Assembly: GCA_038231135.1 (NCBI GenBank)
Contig: JBBRLX010000003.1
Location: 32,001-96,000, forward strand
Length of the DNA: 64,000 bases
Source of the DNA: Candidatus Eiseniibacteriota bacterium
GTDB lineage: Bacteria; Eisenbacteria; RBG-16-71-46
Direction of reading: 5' to 3'
Numbering within the stretch: the stretch's first letter is position 1; every line of letters begins with the position of its first letter. Position numbers and translations under genes: made by a program. Below, piece by piece: positions 53,979-63,473 of the stretch. Under the pieces are notes generated by a model. The model had not been told where the DNA came from and made no database searches. It was given only the letters and a program-made list of their open reading frames with translations.

Positions 53979-56954
53979 CTATCGGATCATGACGACGAGG
54001 GCGCCCGTCGTATCGGTGATCTTGACGCCCACTGCGATGTCGAGCAGAAACGGCGCCGCGGGCTGCGATGGCTTGATGCCGTAGTTGAAGTTCGCGAGCG
54101 TGATCGCCGGCACCATGTTCACGACCGTGCCGCCCGACGGGTCGTAGCCCGTGGCGGGCAGCGTGCCCGTGTCGGTTGGATAGATCCGGACGCCGCCGAC
54201 GTAGCTGGCGCTGGTCTGCCGCCAGCCCACGATCACGTCCTTGCGGCTCACACCCAGCACGTCGCCGGACTTGAGCACCACCGGGATGCCGCCGACGCTG
54301 ATCGTGCGCGTGTTCGTGAATGTGAGGTTCACTGCACTGCCATCATTCTTCCACAGCAGCAGGTTGCCGCCGTTGTTGTTGTGCTGGGTACCCGCCACGA
54401 TGTCGATCCAGCCGTCGCCGTCGACGTCGAGCGCGGTCACGCCCATCACCCAGTCGCTGCACGCCAGGGTGCGCACGTAGACGAACCGGTTGCCGGTGAT
54501 CTTCGAGTTGTAGCGGAAGATCATCACGTTCCCGTTGTTGGAGCTGGTCTTGGTTCCCACGATCAGGTCCTTGTCGCCGTCGTTGTCCAGATCCGCGAAC
54601 TCCATCGACGTGACCTCGCCGATATAGGCTCCCGCCAGTGGCCCGGCAGGGGGATAGATCTCCGAGCGCGTGAACGTCGGCGTCGCGGCATCGTTGCTCT
54701 GCCATACCTCGAGCGTGCCCGTGTAGGCGCCCGCGTTGGTGCCAACGAGGATGTCGTGGCCCGCGCCGCCCGCGAAGTCCCCGGTCAGCACCGCCTGTAC
54801 GTCGCCGTTGTCGTTGGTGCGGTACGCCTGGCTGTAGCTGTTCGGGTAGAACCCTTCGTTGCTGCTCGTGCCCTGGCAGAACCACACGAAGAAATTGCCG
54901 GAAGCGGCACTCTTGCACCCGGTGACCAGGTCGGTGCGACCGCTCGGAACACTCACGACGAGACTATCCAGAGCCAGCGACAACACCGAATTCGGCGCGG
55001 CGCGAGAATAGTCCCGCGCCGACGCGAACAGAGGCGAGGCGTTGTAGGCGTTGAACCACACGGAGATCTGGTCGGCGCCGTTGGCATCCGCACCCAGGAT
55101 GATGTCGGTGTCCTTGTGCGCGTTGCTCGTCGTCGCTCCGGCCCAGTCCTTCTCGACGAGATCGCCGGCGCCGAGGCTCAGCACGCGGCTCGATGCCAGG
55201 CTGATCACCTGGAACGCGGCGAGGCCGAAGTTCTGGTTGTTCAACACCTGCCCACCGGTGAGGTAGAGGCCGTTGATCGCGGTCGTGCCGGTGGCGTAGT
55301 AGCCGGATATCGGAATGCAGATGATCGAATAGGGTGTCGTGCCGGGGGGGCTGTTGGCCGGAACGGTCAGCGCATAGTTGCCGCTGGCGTCGGTGGCGGC
55401 GTAGTCCTGGATCGTGATGCCGGCGTCGGTGCTGCAGCCCACCCACGCCCCCGCCATGCCGGTCTCGCCGGCGTCGAGCGTGCCGTTCTTGTTGGTGTCG
55501 ATGAATACCTTGCCGTTCACGAGCGCGACCGGCACCCGCTTGATGCCCACGGCATACGTGGCGGTGCCGCCATCGGTCATCGTGCCCGCCATCGGGTTCG
55601 TGGTCGTGACCACGAACGAATCGGGCGGCGTGACGCTGAGCGAGTAGTTGCCCGTGTACACGAACAGGTTGAGCGTGCCGGTCGGTGTCGTGGTTTGCGC
55701 CGCGCCGGGGGTCATCGTCATGACGATGCCGCCCTTGTGATACAGGTTGGTGCCGTCCGGGATGCCGTCGGCGTTGGCGTCGTCGAACACGCTGACGTTC
55801 ACCCAGCCGCCGTGGGCGGAGGTGTCGGCGAACGAGTACGACGAGCTGGGCCCGATCGTGACCACCGTGCTGTCGGATGCCATGAAGATGCCGTATCCGG
55901 TCGGCACCGTCTGGCGCAGGGTATACGTGCCGGGGATGGCGGAGGCCATGTAGTAGCCGAGGGAGTTCGTGATTGCGACCACCGAGCCGAGCCGCACGGT
56001 CGCGTTCGGGACGGCGACATCGCCGGCGTCGTAGACATGGTTGAAGTTCTTGTCGTCGTAGACGTAGCCGTCCACCGAGTACTCCGACACGCCGGTGTTC
56101 GGGATGTTGCGCATCGACGCGATCTCGGTGCGGTAGCTGGTCTCGCTGTAGTTGCCCTTCGAATCGGGCCGCGGGCTCGACGACGTGATGTTCACGACGA
56201 CGCGCTCGATCTCGCCCAGCCGCGCCGGCGGGATGGGCCCGTTGCTCCAGCTCCAGGGTGCCGCAACACCCTTCATGTAGACCGTAAACAACGCCGGGAT
56301 GCCGGCGCCCGGCTTGCGCACGAACGCCACGCCCTGATTGCTGCCGCCGTTGTTGCCGGCCACGTTGCCGCTCGAGTCGCCGTACACCTGCCGCACCAGC
56401 AGATAGTCGTTGGGGTTCGGCGTGTTCGCGGCGTCCGTGCCCGCGATGTCGGAGGCGTCGATGACGCCGTCGTTGTTGGTATCCAGCGTCCAGCGGATCA
56501 CCTCGGCGCCGGTGTGGTACTTGACCGGCGGCGCCCATACCGTGCCGCTGAGCGGAAATGGCTTCGGGGAGCCGCTCGGATCGTAGGCGAGCGGCGCCTG
56601 GTGGCCGAGCGTGGCCGAGGTGTCGGGATACGGCAGCAGGTTGGCGTTGATCAGCACCTGCACCGAATCGATGTACGCGATCGGCGGTTGCGGGATCGTC
56701 CCCGTGGAGTCGTCGGTGCCGTAGCCCGCCGCGCGCAGGTCGCTGCTCAGCTTCTCGGCCACGACGCGCGCGCCCTGGGAGGACTCGACCCGGTTCATCT
56801 GCGCGGTCTTGTTGCGGGACACCGCGTACATGATCGCCATCAGCACCACCACGACGACCGCCATCACGACGAGCGTCACCATCGTTTCGACGAGGGTGAA
56901 GCCGCGCGAGTCGGACCGGATCCTGGAGGTGCGGCCATCCGAAGAGATGCGCAT
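53979..56954 (-). CDS. Giant PilW-like pilin with SdrD-B-like and FG-GAP repeats
   Basis: RG|FTLVETMV prepilin site, DLRAAGY, three G.V(F/Y).D.N.(N/D)G..D repeats, C-terminal DLDNDGDKD / DVDGDGWID repeats. Confidence 0.85.
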   Translation of the reverse strand: MRISSDGRTSRIRSDSRGFTLVETMVTLVVMAVVVVVLMAIMYAVSRNKTAQMNRVESSQGARVVAEKLSSDLRAAGYGTDDSTGTIPQPPIAYIDSVQVLINANLLPYPDTSATLGHQAPLAYDPSGSPKPFPLSGTVWAPPVKYHTGAEVIRWTLDTNNDGVIDASDIAGTDAANTPNPNDYLLVRQVYGDSSGNVAGNNGGSNQGVAFVRKPGAGIPALFTVYMKGVAAPWSWSNGPIPPARLGEIERVVVNITSSSPRPDSKGNYSETSYRTEIASMRNIPNTGVSEYSVDGYVYDDKNFNHVYDAGDVAVPNATVRLGSVVAITNSLGYYMASAIPGTYTLRQTVPTGYGIFMASDSTVVTIGPSSSYSFADTSAHGGWVNVSVFDDANADGIPDGTNLYHKGGIVMTMTPGAAQTTTPTGTLNLFVYTGNYSLSVTPPDSFVVTTTNPMAGTMTDGGTATYAVGIKRVPVALVNGKVFIDTNKNGTLDAGETGMAGAWVGCSTDAGITIQDYAATDASGNYALTVPANSPPGTTPYSIICIPISGYYATGTTAINGLYLTGGQVLNNQNFGLAAFQVISLASSRVLSLGAGDLVEKDWAGATTSNAHKDTDIILGADANGADQISVWFNAYNASPLFASARDYSRAAPNSVLSLALDSLVVSVPSGRTDLVTGCKSAASGNFFVWFCQGTSSNEGFYPNSYSQAYRTNDNGDVQAVLTGDFAGGAGHDILVGTNAGAYTGTLEVWQSNDAATPTFTRSEIYPPAGPLAGAYIGEVTSMEFADLDNDGDKDLIVGTKTSSNNGNVMIFRYNSKITGNRFVYVRTLACSDWVMGVTALDVDGDGWIDIVAGTQHNNNGGNLLLWKNDGSAVNLTFTNTRTISVGGIPVVLKSGDVLGVSRKDVIVGWRQTSASYVGGVRIYPTDTGTLPATGYDPSGGTVVNMVPAITLANFNYGIKPSQPAAPFLLDIAVGVKITDTTGALVVMIR

Positions 56955-56955
56955 G

Positions 56956-57363
56956 TCAGTGCCTCTTGTAAGTGACGACCGTCACCGTGTCCTTGTTCTG
57001 GGTGGTCCAGTAGACGTTCACGGTGACCTTCTTCACGTTGTCGAGCGGAGCGGCCATCGTGACCACGTTGTAGTAACGCAGCCATCGACGGGTGCTGCCG
57101 AGCGTGTCGCAGGCCGTCCCTGCCGGATGCCGTCCATCCGTGATGCTCGCGTCGTTCCACGCGAGCGGTACCAGCTCCTCCAGCTTCTCCTGCGCGTAGT
57201 ACGCCCCCGAGGTGACGAGCTTGTCGCGAACCTGCCGCTGCGACCCGGACGGGAACGCTCGCGAGATCGCGAGTACGCCGATCGCGAGGACGACGAGGGC
57301 GATCATGATCTCGACGAGCGTCGTTCCGCGTTCGCCACCGTGTGTTGCGGTCCGGAAGTGCAT
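56956..57363 (-). CDS. PilV-like minor pilin
   Basis: RG|TTLVEIMIALVVLAIG, AQEKLEEL, KKVTVNVYW. Confidence 0.82.
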   Translation of the reverse strand: MHFRTATHGGERGTTLVEIMIALVVLAIGVLAISRAFPSGSQRQVRDKLVTSGAYYAQEKLEELVPLAWNDASITDGRHPAGTACDTLGSTRRWLRYYNVVTMAAPLDNVKKVTVNVYWTTQNKDTVTVVTYKRH

Positions 57364-57371
57364 GAGGTCAC

Positions 57372-57812
57372 CTACTGGTGGAGTACGAGGCCCGAGAGCT
57401 GGACGCTCACGGTGTCGCGGTGGTTGCGGCGGTCCTGCAGGATCACGTAGCCGGAGTTCGAGCACTGACCGTCAGGCTTCATCGGAAATATGGGCTGGAA
57501 CCCCACGCCGTTGTAGTACGTGATGCCGTTCGGCAGATACCAGCCGGGCGTCGTGACCGCTCCGTTGTGGATGTGATAGTCCGAATTGAACTGTTGGTAG
57601 TAGAAGTGCATGGTCTGCGTGGTGCCGGTCGCGATCGCCTTCTCGCGCGCGATGCGCAGCTGCGCCGCGATGTTGTCGGCCGCGCCCTTCAGGTTCTGGG
57701 TGCCCAGGTAGTTGAGGAATCCCGGCAGCGAGAACGCGAGGATCGCCGCGACGACGATCATCACCACCATCAACTCCATGAGCGAAAAGCCGTTTCGATC
57801 GCGCAGCGTCAT
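57372..57812 (-). CDS. FimT/FimU (GspH-like) minor pilin
   Basis: NG|FSLMELMVV, LP, LRIAREKAI, C-terminal V.LSG; GGAG RBS. Confidence 0.85.
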   Translation of the reverse strand: MTLRDRNGFSLMELMVVMIVVAAILAFSLPGFLNYLGTQNLKGAADNIAAQLRIAREKAIATGTTQTMHFYYQQFNSDYHIHNGAVTTPGWYLPNGITYYNGVGFQPIFPMKPDGQCSNSGYVILQDRRNHRDTVSVQLSGLVLHQ

Positions 57813-57833
57813 TGGCGGAGTCTCCAATTGATT

Positions 57834-57849
57834 AGCAGCGGACATGCCG
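57834..57849 (-). promoter_or_regulatory. Candidate sigma54 promoter for the pilin operon
   Basis: Minus strand CGGCATGTCCGCTGCT fits GG-N10-GC, about 20 nt before the ATG. Confidence 0.35.
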
Positions 57850-58009
57850 CGCCCGTGCGAACGCGCGTAATATCGCGTGGTCCCTTGGAAAATCGGCAGT
57901 TTCGGCCGGCGACTTGAGGGGATTGCGGAATCGGGGTGGCCGCCATGCCGTGCGAACGGCACGGGGCGCCATTGCAGCGCGCAGGCCGGGCACCGGCCGC
58001 GAGCGTTCC

Positions 58010-59209
58010 CTAGCGGTCGGGGACCGCGGCGAGCTCCGCCAGCTCGAGACAGGCGTCCGCCAGCGTCGGGTGGGCTCCGGTGGCCTGCGCATTGCGTGAG
58101 CGTCCCGGAGCCGTCCGTCGATTGGGGCCTGGTGCAATCGCCGTTCCGGAACCGCCGCCGTCCGGTTCAAACGCCGGCAGCCGCACTCCCACGGACGCGA
58201 GCCGGGCGAGATCGCCATGCAATTCCGGCCAGTCGACGCGGGATCGCGCGGAATTACCGCCGTCTTCGAGCACCCCGCACGCCACGAGCTGCCGCCGCAT
58301 GAGTGCCGCGTCGGCGGGCAAATCGCGAATCGAGTGGCGCGCCGCCCGTGCCAGCATCAACCACCAGGTGCGGCGGTCGAGGGGGGACTCGAGCCGCGCC
58401 CCGCGCGGGATCAGCGCGGCGCACTCCGCCCACTGTAGCCAAGGACGCACGGTCCCGGCCGCCGGGACCTCCGGCAGCCGCTTCGCAACGAACGCGAGCG
58501 GGTCCTCGACCGCCGCCAGTTCCCACCTCAGGTCCGGTTGCGACGGGCGGCGGACCTCGAAGTGCAGATGGTCGGCCGTGGCGTGGCCGCTGCGTCCGAC
58601 GCGACCGATCGGTTGCCCGGCCCGGACCACCTCCCCGGCCTCGACGGCGATCGATCCGGCGAGCAGATGCGCATAGACGCTGTAGACCCGGCCACCACCG
58701 GCGAGGCGGTGGGCGATCACGACCGTCCACCCGTAACCCGCCGGGTCGTCGTTTGCGGCGCGCAGCACCAGTCCGTTCGCCGCCGCGCGGACCACCCCGC
58801 CCGCGTGCCGGTTGCCGAGGTCGACGCCCGTGTGCGCCGCCACCCCGTGAGCGGCGCGCTGTACCGAACGCAGCACGGCATAGCCGTCGCCACCGTCCGG
58901 ATCCGGCTCGTCGTAGGCATGCGGATTCCCAACCGGGTAGATCCAGGCGCCGGACCAGCTCCAGCGCCGCTCGAGATCGTCGCCATCCGGGAACCGCCCG
59001 CCGATCCGCTGCCCGGCCTCGTCCGCACACGCGGTCGAGGGCGCCCGTAGCGCCACGCCGGACACCACGACCAGCGCGGCCACGGTCGCGAGGCGCAGCA
59101 CGATGCCCGCCGCGCGATGTGAGCCGCCACGCCGCGGTCGCGCCCAAGCCTTGGGGGAGGCACTCGTTGGGAACGTCGCCAGGCGTGCTGCGATGTGGGG
59201 GATTGCCAT
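58010..59209 (-). CDS. M23 family metallopeptidase
   Basis: HTGVD (HxxxD), VRAAANG.V, YAHL, IGRVGRSG, HLHFEVR; start uncertain. Confidence 0.82.
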   Translation of the reverse strand: MAIPHIAARLATFPTSASPKAWARPRRGGSHRAAGIVLRLATVAALVVVSGVALRAPSTACADEAGQRIGGRFPDGDDLERRWSWSGAWIYPVGNPHAYDEPDPDGGDGYAVLRSVQRAAHGVAAHTGVDLGNRHAGGVVRAAANGLVLRAANDDPAGYGWTVVIAHRLAGGGRVYSVYAHLLAGSIAVEAGEVVRAGQPIGRVGRSGHATADHLHFEVRRPSQPDLRWELAAVEDPLAFVAKRLPEVPAAGTVRPWLQWAECAALIPRGARLESPLDRRTWWLMLARAARHSIRDLPADAALMRRQLVACGVLEDGGNSARSRVDWPELHGDLARLASVGVRLPAFEPDGGGSGTAIAPGPNRRTAPGRSRNAQATGAHPTLADACLELAELAAVPDR

Positions 59210-59231
59210 GGCCGAGGGTATCGGCCCCGGG

Positions 59232-62042
59232 TCAGCGCAGCATGACCCATCGCCGCCCGGCGCCGGGTTCACCGCGGGGGCGCGCGAAGTACACGCCCGC
59301 CGGCCAGCCCAGCGTGCGTGCGGCAGGCAGTTCGGCGCGCCAGCCGTCCGCGGCGCGCGCCAGCTCGACGCTCGCGAGCCGGCGACCCCCGATGTCGTAC
59401 ACGTCGAGCCAGGGATTGGCCGGCCGCGATGCCACCGACAGCTCGAGCGCCGCACCCCGCCGCAGGGGGTTCGGCCCCACCCGGAGCGCGATGCCGGCGG
59501 CCGGCGCCGGCGCCGGGGGCACTGTGAGGGTCGTGCCGGGGAGGAGCCGCTGCCGCACGAGCAGCTGCGGGCGGCCGGCGATGTAGCCGGTGAACAGCAC
59601 CGTCACCGCATCGTGCGACTGCGGAAGCACCACCGGCTGCGTGCCGTCGACGCCCTCGCTCACGTCGGTGCTGCGATAGTCCCAGCCGCGTTCGGGGGTC
59701 CAGCGGCGGTAGTGGATCTCGACCGGCGTCGCGCCGCTGCCCTCGTACGCCAGGTGCAGGCCGCCATCACGGTCCGGCGTCAGGATCGGCGCCTGGAACG
59801 GTGCGGTCTGCTGCTCCATCACGGTGTCGCGCGGCGATGGCGTGCGATCCGGCCAGCGGCGCTGATAGTGCAGCTCGTATGTTCCCGGGCCGCTGACCTG
59901 CCAGACCACGTGCAACGTGCCCGCAGCGTCGGTGACGGCGGCGAGCGCCGTCTGGGAGTAGGTCGGCGCGCGGGTGAGCGTGAACGGCTGGGACATGCCC
60001 GAATCCGGGTTGAAGCGGGCGGCCCAGATGCGCTGCGGCTGCTGGGGGGCCGCCGGCCGGTCGATCCACAGCACGTGCGCGACGCCGGCCGGGCTCACTG
60101 TGATCGCGGGTGTCGAGGGATAGCCGGGCGGCGTCGTGAGCTCGCGTGGCAGGCCGAACGGCGAGCGATAGGTGAACCGCATGAACATCACCTGCGGCTG
60201 ATCGTTCAGCGTGTACTGGAACGCCAGATCGATCGTGCCGCTGCGGTCGGCGGCGATCGCGGGGGCGGAGCACGTCCCGGGCAGCGTCACGATCGGGCGC
60301 TCGTCGGTCCAGTGCCCGTGCATCCGGGCGCGGTAGTAGAGCCGCGCGTTGCCGGCGCGGGTGTCGCTCCACACCACGGCGAGGTCGTTGCCGGGCAGCA
60401 CGGCGAGCGTGGGATCGAGCGCCGCGCCGGGGGAGGAGCTGACCTGGAACGCGCCGCTCCATCCCGAGCGGCCGGTGTGCAGCACGATCTGCGGCCTGCC
60501 GTCGCGGAGCTCGTCGCGCACCACGTAACCGGTGCCGTCGCTGCCCTGGCCCGCGGTCGAGGCGGGGCTGTAGGACGGCAGCGGCGCATAGTCCGCTTCC
60601 GTGAAGTTCTGGATCGGCTGCCAGCCGGGCGCCCGCACCTGGAGCGTGAACCGCATGTCGGCGCCGACACGCTGGATGTCGCGGATCGCGAGCTGGGTCA
60701 CGGCGTTGCTGAAGCTCCGCAGATTGGGCTGACCCTCGTCGTCGACGTGGGTGCGGTTGAGCGCTCCGGGGAACGGATCGCTGCCGTCGCCATGATTGCG
60801 TCCCACGACGAGATCGCTGTCGCCATCCCCTTCGACGATCACGAGCCCCGGCGTGCCCACGTTCACCGAGTTGTTGGGCACGCGGGCCCCGACGACCGTT
60901 TCGTCGATGTGATAGACGATCATGCCTTCGAACGGCAGCGTGCGATCGAACTGCCGGCCCTTCTGGCGATTCTCGATCAGGAAGTGCTCGCTATTCTGTT
61001 CGCCCTGGAACCACATCTCGAGCACCGAGCCGGTGGTGGCGATGGGCGGCAGCGTGACGACCTGGTCCTGCGTGGGCCGCTCCGTCTGGTCCCAGCCGAG
61101 GAACTGCATCGGCCACGCGCCGAGATGGGCCGGCGATTCCGGGGACACGCCGTTCGCGCCGTAGATGCCGGTCGACATCAGCGACCAGTTGCCGGGTCCG
61201 ACATTGGCGGTGCCGCCCAGCGACGAGGTGTCGTAGAGGTCGGGCAGACCGAGAGCGTGGCCGAACTCGTGGCAGAACACGCCGACTTCCGAAATCGCCC
61301 CGGGATGGAGGCCGGACAGCTCGGGCAGCACCGAGAACCGGTCCACCATGATGGAGCGATCCGACGACCCCGGCACCGGCGTCGAGGTCTTGAGCGGCTC
61401 GCCGAGCCGCCACGAGCTGGTCCGGGTGGTGATCGACCACAACGCGTTCGGGTCGTGCGAGGTCTCGCCGCCCGGCCCCGCATGGAGCAGCCACACCATG
61501 TCGACGTAGCCGTCGTGATCGAGATCGTACTTGGACCAGTCCACCGACGCCTGGGTCAGGATCATGGCATCCCGCAGCGCGCCGTAGCTGTTGGACGGTG
61601 TGCCGGTGACGTCGAGGCCATAGGAATACTCGGCGTAGTCCGCGCGATTCCGGGGCAGCGTGACGGTCGCCACCACCTCGCCGATCACCCGCAGCACCCC
61701 GCGCGACGTCCAGCGGTAGTAGTCGAACACCGTGCCGTTGCCGGTGCCGTCCGTGCTGTCGAACAGGGCGTGATCGAAATCGGCCTTGCTGTAGCGCAGC
61801 GGCATGTCGCGGAACCCGATCATGATGATCGGGACCCGCCACACGGTCCGGGCGGCGCTGGTGCCGAGCCCGTGGGGCGCCGCGGGGACGTCCAGCGCCC
61901 CGGTCTGGAACGCGCGCGACACCGCGGGGGGCAGCGGGCCGGAAAACGGCGGTGCGGTGGCGCCGGCCGGGAGGCTCACGGCCAGGAACACCATCGTGAT
62001 CGCAAGGGTCCGGAAGAGGACGACGCTGCGCGCCAGGGGCAT
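59232..62042 (-). CDS. M6 (immune inhibitor A-like) metalloprotease with propeller-like repeats and T9SS/FlgD-like C-terminal domain
   Basis: Signal peptide, YDLDHDGYVD, HAGPG, CHEFGHALGLPDLYD, WSLMSTG, EHFLIENRQ, C-terminal GPNP..YDIGGRR..AGVYF. Confidence 0.88.
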   Translation of the reverse strand: MPLARSVVLFRTLAITMVFLAVSLPAGATAPPFSGPLPPAVSRAFQTGALDVPAAPHGLGTSAARTVWRVPIIMIGFRDMPLRYSKADFDHALFDSTDGTGNGTVFDYYRWTSRGVLRVIGEVVATVTLPRNRADYAEYSYGLDVTGTPSNSYGALRDAMILTQASVDWSKYDLDHDGYVDMVWLLHAGPGGETSHDPNALWSITTRTSSWRLGEPLKTSTPVPGSSDRSIMVDRFSVLPELSGLHPGAISEVGVFCHEFGHALGLPDLYDTSSLGGTANVGPGNWSLMSTGIYGANGVSPESPAHLGAWPMQFLGWDQTERPTQDQVVTLPPIATTGSVLEMWFQGEQNSEHFLIENRQKGRQFDRTLPFEGMIVYHIDETVVGARVPNNSVNVGTPGLVIVEGDGDSDLVVGRNHGDGSDPFPGALNRTHVDDEGQPNLRSFSNAVTQLAIRDIQRVGADMRFTLQVRAPGWQPIQNFTEADYAPLPSYSPASTAGQGSDGTGYVVRDELRDGRPQIVLHTGRSGWSGAFQVSSSPGAALDPTLAVLPGNDLAVVWSDTRAGNARLYYRARMHGHWTDERPIVTLPGTCSAPAIAADRSGTIDLAFQYTLNDQPQVMFMRFTYRSPFGLPRELTTPPGYPSTPAITVSPAGVAHVLWIDRPAAPQQPQRIWAARFNPDSGMSQPFTLTRAPTYSQTALAAVTDAAGTLHVVWQVSGPGTYELHYQRRWPDRTPSPRDTVMEQQTAPFQAPILTPDRDGGLHLAYEGSGATPVEIHYRRWTPERGWDYRSTDVSEGVDGTQPVVLPQSHDAVTVLFTGYIAGRPQLLVRQRLLPGTTLTVPPAPAPAAGIALRVGPNPLRRGAALELSVASRPANPWLDVYDIGGRRLASVELARAADGWRAELPAARTLGWPAGVYFARPRGEPGAGRRWVMLR

Positions 62043-62138
62043 GGAAACTCGTATCCGATCATGGTCGACGATCGAATCGATCGTCGGGCCGACCCCGGTC
62101 GACGGCCATGACACTATATCACGAACCGGGCCCCGGCC

Positions 62139-63473
62139 GTGGCGGGTTCCACCCGCCGTGTCGCCACGGCGTTCGACTGTGTTAGCGTCCTCGTCAACGT
62201 GTGGACTGCATGCCGCAGGTACGGCCCCGACACCCCAGGGAGGATCGCCGCGCTGGTCCTCGCAGGGAGCCTGTTCGGATCGGCGCTGCACGCCGCCGAT
62301 CTGCCGCTGCTGCGCTCCGATCGCGTACCGCAGTTCACCGCCGACCTGGTGGTGTCGCTACGTCCCGACGGCGAGCCGGCGCTGGCGGTCTCGATCGTCG
62401 TTCCCTACCGGCAGCTCGAGTGGCTCAAGGCGCCGCTGGGCTACGCCGCGGTCGTGGAGTTCACCGTGGTGTTCGAACCCGATCACCCGGGGGCCCAGAT
62501 CGGCGACTCGTGGGACCGCCCGCTGCTGGTCGCCGACTTCTCGACCACGGTGAAGGCGGGCTCGAGCGTGATCGAACGGCGCACGTTCGACCTGCCGCCG
62601 GGTCGCTATCGGGTCCGGATCGGTGTGCGCGCCGGGGATTCGGACGTGCCCTCCACGGCCACCGGACACGTCGAGGTGCCCGACTATTCGCGCGTGCCGC
62701 TCGGTCTCGCGGACGTCGAGCTGGGAGTCGCGGGGCTGTCCGGCGAGTTCCAGCCGGTCCCGTCACGGGCATTCGGGCGCAACGCGTCGCGACTCGCGGC
62801 TCGCATGGCGCTGTTCGACCGGCGTGCCGGAGCGTGGCCGCGCGACTACCCGGTGCGGTATTGGATCAACGACGACACCGGCAATGAAGTGGCCACGGGA
62901 ACCCGCAGCCTGTCGCTGTCGCACAGCAACGAGCCGGTCGTGGTGGCGCCGGATTCGCTGGACCTGTTCCTCGGCAGCTACGTGTTCGTGGCCGAGATCG
63001 GGCAGGGCGACTCGCGCTGGCGCGTCGAGCGGTCGTTCGAGGTCGAGGACTCGGGGCCGCCGCGGGGCAGGGAGTTCCAGCGCTTGCTCGAGCCGCTGTC
63101 GTTCATTGCGGATGGGCACGAGATCGACCGGCTGCGCAAACTCGCGCCGGCCGATCAGGCGGCGGGCTGGGAGGCGTTCTGGCAGCGCCGCGACCCGACC
63201 CCCGACACGCCCCGCAACGAGGCGTTGCTCGAATTCTTCCGCCGCGTGCGCTATGCGTCCCGGCATTTCCAGACGTTCGGTCCGGGCTGGCGGTCCGACA
63301 TGGGCCGGATCTACATCAAGTACGGTCCACCCGATCAAACCGAGAGCCGTCCCGCGACCGGCTCCGACGCTCCACTCGAGATCTGGGACTACAACCGGCC
63401 CTATCGCCGGTTCGTGTTCGAGGATCGTGACGGGTTCGGACGCTACGTGCTCGTGGGTCCGGTGACCGAATGA
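62139..63473 (+). CDS. GWxTD domain-containing protein
   Basis: FWQRRDPTPDTPRNE...RVRYA..F...GWRSDMGRIYIKYGPPD, EIWDY; start uncertain. Confidence 0.87.
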   Translation: MAGSTRRVATAFDCVSVLVNVWTACRRYGPDTPGRIAALVLAGSLFGSALHAADLPLLRSDRVPQFTADLVVSLRPDGEPALAVSIVVPYRQLEWLKAPLGYAAVVEFTVVFEPDHPGAQIGDSWDRPLLVADFSTTVKAGSSVIERRTFDLPPGRYRVRIGVRAGDSDVPSTATGHVEVPDYSRVPLGLADVELGVAGLSGEFQPVPSRAFGRNASRLAARMALFDRRAGAWPRDYPVRYWINDDTGNEVATGTRSLSLSHSNEPVVVAPDSLDLFLGSYVFVAEIGQGDSRWRVERSFEVEDSGPPRGREFQRLLEPLSFIADGHEIDRLRKLAPADQAAGWEAFWQRRDPTPDTPRNEALLEFFRRVRYASRHFQTFGPGWRSDMGRIYIKYGPPDQTESRPATGSDAPLEIWDYNRPYRRFVFEDRDGFGRYVLVGPVTE

